From the NCBI RefSeq assembly GCF_026571515.1, contig NW_026865611.1, positions 62,001 to 126,000 of the forward strand: a stretch of 64,000 nucleotides of DNA. Reading direction: 5' to 3'. This stretch comes from Ruditapes philippinarum (lineage: Eukaryota). The position numbers and the translations under genes were made by a program. Shown one piece after another: positions 1-11,724 of this stretch (position 1 is its first letter; the number at the start of each line of letters is the position of its first letter). The notes under the pieces were generated by a model. It was not told where the DNA came from. It saw only the letters and a list, made by a program, of their open reading frames with translations, and searched no databases.

Positions 1-1498
1 AAATTTTGTATTCGTATTCGTTGAAAAATAAAGAAGAAAAATGACAGCTTTTATGGACCCAACTGTAAAACAAGAAATGTACTTGTTAAGATTTATTCAA
101 CCCCCAAAAAATACTTCAGTTACAAAAGACATTCAAGACCATCTTACAATCTACAAAATAATGCTATTTTACACAATTATGCACTTATTTATCCATATTC
201 GGTCTATAACACTACCTTTGCTATAGATGAAATATTTATAAAACATTTTGTCCATAAAAAAACAATATCATTTAATTATTTATCAATCTTTATTGCAATA
301 GGATTAACAAGAAAACAAAACATTTTATATTATGCATATAACTGTAGAAGACCCGCTTCAAGGATGCATAGATAACAGTAATCAAAACAAAATTAGATTA
401 GAAACAGAACAACATTTTGGTAAAACAGGATAAATGAAATGCGGTTAAAGGGACGTAAATTATTATCTTATCGCCAAACTCCTCGCAGCGGTTACTTCCC
501 TTCATAAGTACGCCCCAAGAAGACTCTACGCCAGATATCCGGATTTTACTAGTTAACTGCTAAGCTATGTATGAAAGCATGTTATTATCTGGAAAAAAGT
601 ATAATCAAAGCAGGAAAAGAAAAAGAATAATTACAGGTCTCACAAGGAAGTATCAACGTTATAACATATTATCATGTTGAAAACAACAAATAATGGGGTA
701 GATTCTAAATAGTCTCTGGCTGTAAAATTCTTAAAACTTTTAAAACGTAGAATAAAAAGATATACACTGCATTAAAACCCTGCAAAATATCAAAAATACT
801 TTTTTTACAAAATATATGCCATAGCAAATATCTAAGACAAAAATAAAATGCAATATTTTTCACAATCACACAAGCATAGATATTATATTTAGAATAGTAA
901 AAAGAAAGTTTTAGTTATGAATTATGCATGTTTTATGATTCAATTAATTGTGTGTAGATAGTTTTATACTTCACTTTTAATTGTATATGATACTAGACAT
1001 GTTAAAAATGTTTTTTTAATCACATACAACATTTTGTTTCCTGTGTATATGTGAAATGTATGATAACAAATCATTTTCATCAGTAAATTTTCTGTCTATA
1101 TGCTAACCCGAACATTCATTAATATAATCTAATCTGTCAGGGGAGATATATCAGTTTTTATCACAGTTAAACATGTGACGTCATAAAACTGACGTTAATA
1201 AACGCGTGTCGTGTTGATCTTCCAATAGCACAAATATCAATCGATTCAAACCATTCTTATGTGACGTAAACCCAAAGAACTCAACATTTTCCAGAACGTT
1301 TTGACATCGGAAAAATGTAACAGCCGTCTGCTACCAGGACAATACGCTATTAAGCGCTGATTATTATTATTAAATTCAGTGTGAAAGTCCGGTAAGAAAT
1401 ATAAAGCACTTCAGTAACTAGAACGGGCAGAAAACCAGCTCTGCCTTTGTTTGCTTTCCACATTCAACTTCGTCGTACACTGTTTTTTTTTTTCAATT

Positions 1499-4400
1499 TC
1501 AATAACGAGTCCTATTTGCATCAGGATGTTCCGGGGAAGTCGCAACCTTCCTTTTTCTCAGTCGTCGTATCCGCCGGCGGTTATACAATATGATGATAAT
1601 CAACGGTAATGAGATCACGGGACTAACTGCCAGCACTATTCCGACGGCAAGAACTTCCGGGTCGTCATTTGCTGTTGCATACACGCATAATAATACACCT
1701 TTAAAAGAAAAAGAAGAAAAAAAAAATGTTTAGAGACACACCGAGAAATGATTTTTCGCACGCGAACTATTAAGGCGAAATTATTAATATTTTTATTTCT
1801 GACTTTGACTTTAAAGGCACAATATATCTCAGAAACGTACAAATTTGCTCTTTAGAAAGAGCAGACATGAATTTTATAACGTTAAAATAATAGTTTTAGA
1901 GAAGGTTAGATACTTATTACCTGAAGAAATTAGCGCAACATGTGAAATTATTTGTCATTTTAATTGTGGCAAAATGTAAACAAAGTCGTAATTTGATTTC
2001 CATACAAATTACTAAATCACAAAAGTAACCATTCCTGAGGCATGATGTGCCTTTAACTTCTGTTCATTTTACAATGGTAAGCACGATCCAAATAAACGGA
2101 TAAAAACAAATGACAAACTAATTGATAATGAAATTTAGGCACTTGATCACTTTTTCTTAATGACTTACTCGATTTTCTGGAATCTAAATGTAATGGCGGA
2201 ATTTCTTTAGAATGCCAAATTGAGAATATTGATAGTTTTTTAAGTATATTAGTGTTACTTTTTGCAGATGACACGGTTCTTATTTCAAAAACCCCGCAAG
2301 AATTCCAAAAATGTTTAAATGATTTTAACGATTATTGTCAAAGATGGGAATTAAAAATAAATACTAGCAAAACCAAAGTTATTTTCTTTGGCTCAAATAC
2401 ACGTGGGGTACGCAATATGTCATTTACGCTTAACGGAAATGCTCTGCAAATAATCGATAGTTATAAATACTTAGGCGTTATGTTTAGTCCTAATGGGAAA
2501 TTTAAGAAAGCAAGAGATCATTTAATTACACAAGCTAGAAAAGCGATGCACCTTTTGTACAAACGAATTAATAACCTTAAATTTGTTTACCTCTTGATTT
2601 ACAACTCAAACTATTCGATAACACCATTGTTCCAATTTTGTTATTTTCATGCGAAATATGGGGAATAGAAAATACTCAAGACATCGAAAAAGTACATATT
2701 GAATTTTTGCGTAAAATAACAAATTGCAGAAAAAGTACTCCTGCGTACATGCTCTATGGCGAATTAGGTAGATATCCGCTTGAAATTGTTATCAAAACAC
2801 GTATTATTAAATTTTGGAAAAATTTAGTGCAAGTTCATCAATATAAATACTCAAATTTTATCTACAAATTTATGTTAAATAGTGATTACACATTCAAATG
2901 GCTTGATTATGTTAAATCTACCCTTGATCTAACCGGTCACAGTGAAATATTCCTAAATCAAAATTCTTCGAACTTATGTAACGTTCATTTGTTAATTAAA
3001 CAAACACTGATTGATCAATTTATTACCGACTGATTTAGTAGAATGCAACTATCAAATAAAGGCAAACTCTATAACTTGTTTAAATATCAGTTTGAGCGTG
3101 AAGACTATTTGAACATCATTGCCAAAACACTTATACTTACCTATTCTCAAGTTTAGGACTGCAAATCATAAATTCCCTGTTGAAACTGGCCGTTGGTCTA
3201 ATATCCCATATGTTAATAGAAAATGTCCACTATGCCAAAATGACTTAGGTGATGAATTCCATTATTTGATGGTTTGTAATTATTTCACCGAAAAAAAGAA
3301 AGCAGCTTATTCCCAAATTATTTTCACAGATATCCAAATATCATTAAATACCAAGAACTTCTTAAAAGTAGTAACAGCGAAATCCTAAAAAATCTTAGTA
3401 TAATTTATAGCGCACATCATGAACACATTTACACGTTAGTTTTTACTTTTTGAAATAGTATTTTACTCCGTCAATGACATTCCATAGTAACACTAATGAA
3501 TGACGTAAATAAGTTTTACACGCTTTCCACGTGCTCCACTTTATCTCCTATAGAAATTAGACAGTTAAATATCGCTGTCCCCATACTTAAATTTATATTA
3601 AGTTTTAAGGTTAAAAAAAAATGTTTCTTGTTGTATTACGTGTACTAATTTTCGCTTGATTATCTATCATACTTGACGTAAAACATGTAATTGTTTTCTA
3701 TATTGATACCCACGCATGTATTTATTTACTAGATTATTGTAATGTCTGTTGTTACAAATGTAACCTTGACGAAATAAAAGAATGTTGTATTGTTAAGTTG
3801 TCATGTTCGATGACATCTTTATCAATTGATAACAATTTTAACGTCTATTGGCTGTCGACGTTATTATTTATAAAGATTTTTGACAGGTTATATGATCCTA
3901 TATAAGCGGTCGCTCAACAGGTTGTTGGACTGTGAATAGGGTGACCCGAGTTCGATTCCCGGACGGTACAGGCCACTTTCGTTGTGATTGATCATGATCT
4001 ACTCTGGCATGTACAGAAGTTTCAGTTCCTTGCGAAAGTAAAGTGAAGGCAACTAGTACTGGTAAACTGCTTGACAGCTTGCCAAGGAACGGCGCGGTGT
4101 CTTACTGTGCTATAGTAAATTCAATGTGGCTTACAGCCGTAATCCGGAGTGAAAACTACCAAAACCACCACACCACAGCCGTTTATATACGGCCAAATAG
4201 CCTGTCAGAAATATTTATAACGAATTTATAAAACATCAAGCATCTTTTTAGAGGCAAAAAAAAAAAAATAGTTTTCATCATAAATTTACAGCACCCGTGT
4301 ATATAAACTAAACTATATATTATATATAGTAAACGTTACGATTATCCAATGAAAAGCGACGTTACAAATGTGCAGTATTACAAATAGTTGAAACATGCGA

Positions 4401-7400
4401 CGCCGCTCTGAAGATAAACAGTTTCTATCTGACCCTCTCTAAACTGTTTAATTTAATTCTTTTTATAAATCATGGGACAAACTTGTTTACTTTAGTCGTG
4501 ATAAGATGAAAGAATTGAAATTCTGATAAAAGTTAAATAAACAGAAAATCACATAATGATCTTTCCTCTAGAATATAAGTGTGATAGCTGTAGTCGAAAC
4601 AGTGTTAAACTTTATAACCAGCTAGGGTTAGTGAGAGATGTTGCACTGATATAAATTATCTCTCATCGAGCCGATTCTGCAATTTTCATATTATTTTTTC
4701 ATTGATTCCGAACTAATGTTAAGTAGTATAAGCTCACATAAGGTAACTAAAATCATTCTTTAAAGGCCCATTATGCCCATGAAATTATTTCATTTGTAAT
4801 AATAATTATCGGAAACATGCTATTTTTGATGTCTTGTTAAAGGTTCTAAAACTTTTTTACTGGCATATAACCTAAATCATATTTTGCTTTTGTTACATTT
4901 TTGCAATTAGTGTACAGTTGATTTATTACTTTGAATGGAAGTCAAAGTACTACTTTATTTACATTTTGCTTTTTAATGACATTTAATTGCACATTTAATG
5001 CTACTTTTTTAAGGTAACAAGCATCTTACGTGCTTAAAACCATGATCGATTTACAGTTTTTAAAACAAAATATAAAAAGAAAACACACACACAAAAGAAA
5101 ACTTACCGTGGAGTGTTCAGCTTTAATTATCTTTTATAAATAATACTGTAATATGTTTACAAGTACGAGCAGAGCCGACAGATATAAATGTTTGACTGAC
5201 CTATTTTTAACGTAAAGAAAGACAGTTGTTTAACCTCTGTAGAGCAATCACCTTCCGGGAGGCAAAGATTTCAGTCGCTTCCCAGAGGTGTTGCTCTAAA
5301 AATATTAATTCTAATTTGAAGTCTTACTTTTGAGAAAAGTAAGACTGTTGTAAAGTATGTTAGCTGGCAGTTGCTCTACATAGAACTCAATAGAATTTTT
5401 ACTTAAGTCTACCATACCTGTGGGTAAAGCTAGGAAAAACAAGATGGCCACAGCGATTGTGGTCAAGCACCCACTTAAACAGCAAATCTGTAAGTCCTCC
5501 ACTTCCTCTTCATCTATAATGTAAATAAAGTCAGTGTTTATAATTGAGCCGCGTCATGACAAAACCAACATAATGCGTTTGCGACCAGCATGGATCCAGA
5601 CCAGCCTGCGCATCCGCGCAGTCTGATCAGGATCCATGCTGTTCGCTATCAGTTTCACTACTTGTTATAGGGTTTGTTAGCGAACAGCATGGATCCTGAT
5701 CAGAATGCGCGGATGCGCAGGCTGCTCTGGATCCATGCTGGTCGCAAACGCATTATGTTGGTTTTGTCGTGACGCGGCTCAAATATACAATGTTTGTCGA
5801 TGTCGTCGTGGGATATATTGATATACAATGTATAATATTGATAATCTATTAATAAACAATTGATATGAATATGCATACGTATACCTAATATACCACGTGT
5901 CAAATAATTATAACAAGAGGATATTTAACTGTTATATACATACCAAAATAACTGTTATACATACCAAATTAACTGTTATAAATATCAAATTCACTGTTAT
6001 AAATAGCAAAATACATGGAAATTATATTATGTTAGAAATATATTGTATTCACACAGGCCAGCTGCTAGTTTTCAACATTGTAAAATTGTTTTGAAAACGC
6101 TTCATTCGTGTCATATATAAACTGCTTATATCTTCCAATTAACAATGGCAACATCTCATCCTAGCTGCCCTCGACATTCTTAAATTTAAACGCTGGTATC
6201 ACCGAAATAATAAATAATAATTAACCGTATAAACCTAATTTTGCAAAAAAGGATGCAAATTATTGCGTGTACAAAACTTACTTTGTCAGAGTTTCTAAAA
6301 AAGAAAATTGACACCATAATTCGCATTTAAAAGGATAAAATATGTTTCAATATGAACACATTACTTGTTATGCAATTTAATTTTTGTTTCCTGCATGGTG
6401 TCTACAGGGACATTATTCTGAGATATAAAAAAATGAAAACTCATGAATCAGTCTCTATTTATGAAACGGAAGCTAATTAGAATGAAGTATTTGTTCTCCG
6501 CGTGAAACAAAGTATGTGTTAATACAACACGTGTTTACGCGTGTTCTGTTCATTGTTTACATTATAGCTAATTGAAGCCTGGTAGAAACCTGTTATATTT
6601 TAATACAAAACACTCGCTTTTTGTTCTTTATTGTTTATAAATGATAGATCTCTTCTTATAAACTGTTAAACACACTATAATATTTATATACATTGTTTTT
6701 GTAATGATTACAATATTGATAAGCCGCTTACAACGATAAGAGAATTGGAGGAATTAAAATAAATGCTATACTTGAAGAGCGTCAATGACGAATTGACCCC
6801 ATCCTGTCTTATTTCAAGTACATTTATAAGATAGCCTAGAATTCTGTAGTATTTGTATCAAACATAATCAAATTATGAGCCGCGTCACGACAAAACCAAC
6901 ATAGTCCGCGCAGTCTGATCAGGATCCATGCTGTTCGCTATCGGTTTTTCTACTTGTTATAGAGTTTGTAAGCGAACTGCATGGATCCTGATCAGACTGC
7001 GCGGATGCGCAGGCTGGTCTGGATCCATGCTGGTCGCAAACCCATTATGTTGGTTTTGTCGTGACGTGGCTCATTTTACGTATTGTTTTGTTTTGACAAC
7101 CATACGTATTTTGGAATCAGTCCACTAATATCTTTCGATGTTATAACGTTAAAATTTCTATTCATGTATGTAAGATATCATATTTTACCTTCTTATGCTC
7201 CATTAAATATTTGTTAAACTCCTTTAATCAAGACATGGTCAGTTGTTTTACAGTCTTCGGGCATTTTATGGTATCATTTGATGACAATAATAAATACACT
7301 TTGATGTTTAAGAAAATATCTGTACAAAACATCATGTATATGGTTTATATTATATTAAATACATTTGTGTATGTACACGTCGAAATTTATATTGAAAGTA

Positions 7401-7574
7401 TCATGACTACAAATTCTAAATGAAATATTCTATAAAACACATACCTTCCTCGTTCATGATTCTCGTCTGACACTTCTGTCCATCTACTATAGCTGGGTCA
7501 TTTGTCACTAGCTCTGTTTCTCCCGATCCTTGCTTGAAATCATGTTTTCCCCAACGTCCGAGACATTTTACCAT
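1499..7574 (-). CDS. Small two-transmembrane protein, 141 aa, 3 coding exons (7574-7445, 5513-5418, 1698-1499); architecture like PIRT/TMEM100-type hairpin membrane proteins
   Basis: ATG at 7574 is preceded by an in-frame stop. Splice sites: GAG GAA G|gtatgt; ttatag|AT GAA...ACA G|gtatgg; tttcttttaaag|GT GTA. Both introns are phase 1 and 130+96+200=426 nt. Product: MVKCLGRWGKHDFKQGSGETELVTNDPAIVDGQKCQTRIMNEEDEEEVEDLQICCLSGCLTTIAVAILFFLALPTGVLLCVYATANDDPEVLAVGIVLAVSPVISLPLIIIILYNRRRIRRLRKRKVATSPEHPDANRTRY*. Joins ORF-track fragments 5311..5502 and 1499..1684. Confidence 0.8.
1811..2056. mobile_element. Kolobok-like MITE (TTAA target, AG...CT ends)
   Basis: TTAA-AGGCACA at 1811 and TGTGCCT-TTAA ending at 2056 form short inverted termini flanked by TTAA. 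Confidence 0.45.
2147..3793 (+). mobile_element. 5'-truncated, frameshifted non-LTR retrotransposon (LINE) 3' half, antisense in intron 2 of the 2-TM gene
   Basis: Reads SLFLNDL...VLLFADDTVL (RT motif), YKYLG, LYGELGRYP, and a C-terminal CPLC...DEFHYLMVC zinc knuckle, split over ORFs 2252..2668, 2638..3033 and 3119..3388. AATAAA near 3773 is followed by a short TTGTA-like tail. Confidence 0.88.
3900..4177 (+). mobile_element. Degenerate tRNA-derived SINE (central domain resembles Deu/Nin-type SINEs)
   Basis: B-box GAGTTCGATTCCC at ~3948; core CAGTTCCTTGCGAAAGT...AGTACTGGTAAACTGCTT; (ACC)n-like tail. Confidence 0.55.
5544..5782. mobile_element. Palindromic MITE, full length (family P1)
   Basis: ~105-bp near-perfect inverted arms TTGAGCCGCGTCATGACAAAACCAAC.../...GTTGGTTTTGTCGTGACGCGGCTCAA; related copies at 6876 and 24637. 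Confidence 0.85.
5926..6010. repeat. ~21-bp tandem repeat, ~4 copies
   Basis: Unit approx. TAACTGTTATACATACCAAAA. Confidence 0.6.
6876..7073. mobile_element. Palindromic MITE (family P1), left arm internally deleted
   Basis: Same termini as 5544-5782; about 40 bp are missing after CCAACATA. Confidence 0.85.
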
Positions 7575-8654
7575 TCTCTAACTTACACTTTAACATTCAA
7601 TACCGATATTGTCCCTTGTAACACGCGATTAAACTTCCATAAGCTAAGAGTTACAATCAATACCCGGCGATAAAATCCGCTTTCAACTGAAGGCCATGAA
7701 CAGGTACAAGCAATTAATGTAGAACTATACAGGTATTGAAAATTTTACGATCCTACGTCCTGAGATACGAGTACAGAATACCTATATCTCTAGAATCTAA
7801 CAATCTTAGTAAATACCAGGATACATTCACTTCCTGAAACAATACATGTGCGTGCTTTGCTTTTGCTTTCACACTTGTTTATGTCTATTCTTTATACATC
7901 CTTTTCATATGAACACGGTACACATGCAAAAATTAAAGTCCGCTTAAATCGATCCTGGTTGATAAACAATTAGTTAATGTGTCAAAATAGAATCTTAGTC
8001 ATTGCAAAGTTAAACACAATTGTGGTCAAAATATAGGATACAACGATTATATTATTTACAATTTATTGCGTGCGGTATATACGTCCTGTTCTTCACGTAT
8101 AGAAATATAAAGCCTTAAGCTTTATAACCGTATTGATTTGCCATGCATTAGACCCAATTACAAAACAGGACAGAAATAGCGCGCACCTTGTATTTACTTA
8201 AGTAAAATAATAATTGATTTATATAACACTTAATACACGTATAACCTTCTGTTTCAGGTGTAAATATACGTAAACCTGGAACATTAAACATGTATATATA
8301 CATATTTATAGCACTCTGTGTGAAAACCCAATCATGATTAATAAATTATACAGCTCAAGATCAATACTTTATGTATCGATCTTTAAAGAAAGTATTGTTG
8401 AATCCATGTCAGGCTTTATTTTCATTTTACGTCATCATAAAAAGAAAATTAGCGTATGAATGTAGTTGCATGTTTGAGATATGATTGAATATTAAGTTAC
8501 AAAACCTATTAAACCTGTTTTAGAATGTCCAGGTGGTGACAAAATCAAGATCTCAACACGGCAGAAACATTACGATTATAAATATGAATTAATATTCACT
8601 TGAGTTGATTTGAATTCAAATATTTGTACATTGTATATATTTATTGAAACATAA

Positions 8655-8655
8655 C

Positions 8656-8693
<38 letters not shown>

Positions 8694-9990
8694 GTATAAA
8701 TAATAATAATGATAATAATAATAATAACAATAATAATGCTCCACAGCGTTAGAAACTCGTGAAAAAATGGCGTACGAAATATTTTTTGTAAACTTCTCAA
8801 TGTTTACTGGATTAGAGTTTTATAAAATTATATCTTCTCTACATTTAATTTAACAATTTAAAGCTGGGATTTTATTATTAGAGACAGAACATTTATGTTC
8901 CTATAGATAACATTTACTATTTATGTTATTTATATAAATTAGATGAGGCCTGGAAATTCCGTCAACGCAGCAAGTATTGCATACTCTGTTTGATTGAGCG
9001 TGCGCATGGGCGGTAGTGGTAAATGCAAGCGACCGTTCACACACACCCCATCACCGGTTTCAACTAAACTCAACATTTAAACATGAACATAGTGTTTTAC
9101 AAATGATTAAGTCTGATGACGGAAACTTCAATGTCTCGCTTTCGCGTCCTTTCATAAAATCCGGCATATGACCCTTATATAAATACATGGGTGTGCCCGT
9201 TTCGAAGTTTAACCTCTGCACTGTTTATATCAAAAAGGAAGAATTTGATTTCAATTCAAATATGTGTATTCGTTTTTTTAATGGCGATAATAATAATAAT
9301 AATAACAACTACAATAATAATCTTAGAATGCTCAACGGCGTTAAAAGTCCGTAAAAAAAGGCACACGTGTTAAATTTAGAAGAAAAAACATGCTGCTGTC
9401 GTTTCCGTAGATTTTTTTAATTTCTTAATGATTACTGGATAAGAGTTTTATTTATATCTTCTCTACATTTTGATTAAACAGTTAAGTCAATTATAAAGCT
9501 GTGACTAAATAGTCAGACAGAACATTTATATATACTTATTAATAACATGTATCTTTTTGATAAAATATAGATTTAGCCACACGACAAAATTCAGAATATT
9601 GCAGAGCGTGTTCATCAGTAGAATTTTCATGGACTATATATATATATAATTCATGCAAGCGACGGTTGACACTCCCGACACTGGTATCAGCAAAATTTAA
9701 AACAAAACAAAAATGAACATGGTGTTTAACAAATGATTTTAAAAACATCCGCAGATGTGATCAAACAGCGACGGTTCACACCCCCAGACATACAACAGTA
9801 GTAATGGAACCTTGGAACTCTCGTGCCCTTTAACAAAAACTGCTTGTGACCCTTATATAACTGTATGGGTGTATTTTAAACACATTTAAACACATTTGTA
9901 GTAGGCTGACAATTTAGTTTGGTTTTTAGCCTCCAGTGTAATTTTGTATTATGAACGTATCCTGTTTCGAAGTTTAACCTATCCACCGCT
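8655..9990 (+). repeat. Diverged tandem duplication (~8660-9225 and ~9285-9990) of dispersed repeat family R1, each unit led by an (AAT)n microsatellite
   Basis: Shared collinear blocks: ATATCTTCTCTACATTT, AGACAGAACATTTAT, TGCAAGCGAC, TGACCCTTATATAA, GTTTCGAAGTTTAACCT. Reverse-complement homology to 57900-58080. Confidence 0.7.
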
Positions 9991-10769
9991 TAGGTCATCG
10001 GTATCAAGTATAAATGCACTATTTCGACATGTCCGAACAAGCTTGACTTGTACATTTCTTAGCATACTATTAGATACTAGTATTAGATACTAGGTATTAT
10101 TTTCGCCGATGAGGCACAAAGATATTAAACAAAAGTTACACCGTTCCTTTTTATTGTAGATCTTATTTATCCGATCATAACTTAATATGATTATCAAAGT
10201 TTTAACATTGATTAATTTTGTTTGTCATTAATTGTTTGCGATACAAGTCATCTCAAGCTAGAAATTACAAGAAGTTTATTTCGAATCAGGTTTTACAGTT
10301 TTCTTGGTTGCTTCTCGCATTTTCCTTACAGATCCTAACACGATTGAAAAATGTTTTTGTATTTTCTACTGCTAAAATAAAAAAAAAATAAACAATAAAA
10401 AATAGGACAATCTACACCAGAATACTTTTATTATTTCTGTCGATACATGCCCGAGATTCTTAGGATTTTGCGATGGACTTTAAATTAGAATATTACTGAG
10501 AATTGTATGATGTTAACATGGTCCATCGGAACGGACAGATGTTGCGAAGATTCTCCTAACTTTTAACTTTCTCTTTATTGGTCTCGATGAACCTTCCCTT
10601 CCTTATTAACAGACATGAATGCAAATTAGACAGCTTATTTTCATACCATTATATTGAAACTGTGAACATAGCTATGCTTACATATCATTAAAATTATAAT
10701 TATTATTATTAATGAGCCAATGATATAATGCCTTGCATTCGGATGTATGTTCATAAATCATTATATTCG

Positions 10770-11480
10770 TAGTCGTAACTATTCGTAACTATAGCCATAT
10801 GTCTATAAATATAGTAATAACTAAAATAAATTTATATTAAGCGTAATACTATAGATTATAAGCATGTAAGTCATAACTGAGGATATTTATAATAAGCGTG
10901 TGTCAACAAACTATGAGCTTTAATTGTAGTTATAACTAAATTAGACAGTTATATAAAGTGTATATTTATGTACATGTTTTTATATATAACTACACAGACA
11001 TGAAGTTATAAATAAAGCGTATGTCCATAAATCTTAAAGTAATGTAGTTATTACTGACTCAATTTGTATTAAGCGTATGTCTATAAATAAGAAGCCTTTT
11101 AGTTATAGCTGAAGACATTTACACTTTACCTATAGATATAAACTATAAGTCAAGTAGCTATAACTAAAAAGCCATCATAGTGTATAATTAAATGTAGTTA
11201 TAACTAAATAAATTTGTCTTAAGCGTATGACCATACATTATAAGTTGTTAAATTATAACTTAAGACATTTATTTTAAGTGCATATCAAAAAACTATAAGC
11301 TTTGTAGTTTAAAACTAAATAAGAAATTTTAACTTTATATGTGTATAAACTAAAAATAAGCCTTGCAGTTATCAATTAAGATTATAATAACAAGTGTATA
11401 TGCATAAACTATAAAGTAATGTTGCTATAACAAAAATTAATTATATTGAGTTATAAATCATTTATATAAAGCTTATGTCC
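10770..11480. repeat. Degenerate ~55-60 bp tandem array upstream of the MYORG-like first coding exon
   Basis: GTAGTTATAACTAAA and TTAAGCGTATGTC.ATAAA recur at ~10839, 10894, 11015, 11071, 11221 and 11276. Confidence 0.6.
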
Positions 11481-11724
11481 ATTGTTATATCCCTTAAACA
11501 AAGTGCATACAATTATCATCTTTTATAAGGTATCTTTACCACCATATTTATTGTAAGTTATAACAGTACTTGTACGTACTAGTACACAATAATTAATTGC
11601 TTTCTTTTTCTAATTGCTAGCAACACTATAGAATAATAAATAACATTATAAATAAACAAATGTAAATTTTATCTCCTTTATTCATTTAAGGTACACAACA
11701 AGCTAACAAGTTGGTGAAGAGAAA

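Noticed and set aside
1912-1960. Minus-strand TTCTTCAG|GTAATAAG as an extra exon end or recursive splice site of the 2-TM gene
   Set aside because: It lies inside the Kolobok-like MITE, gives no ATG-led frame compatible with exon 3, and the three-exon model is complete without it.
5101-5200. Minus-strand donor CACG|GTAAGT as a coding exon
   Set aside because: All three frames are closed within ~30 nt upstream; at most a non-coding alternative exon, which I cannot support.
8576-9373. Poly-Ile ORFs resembling membrane proteins
   Set aside because: Products of (AAT)n microsatellites.
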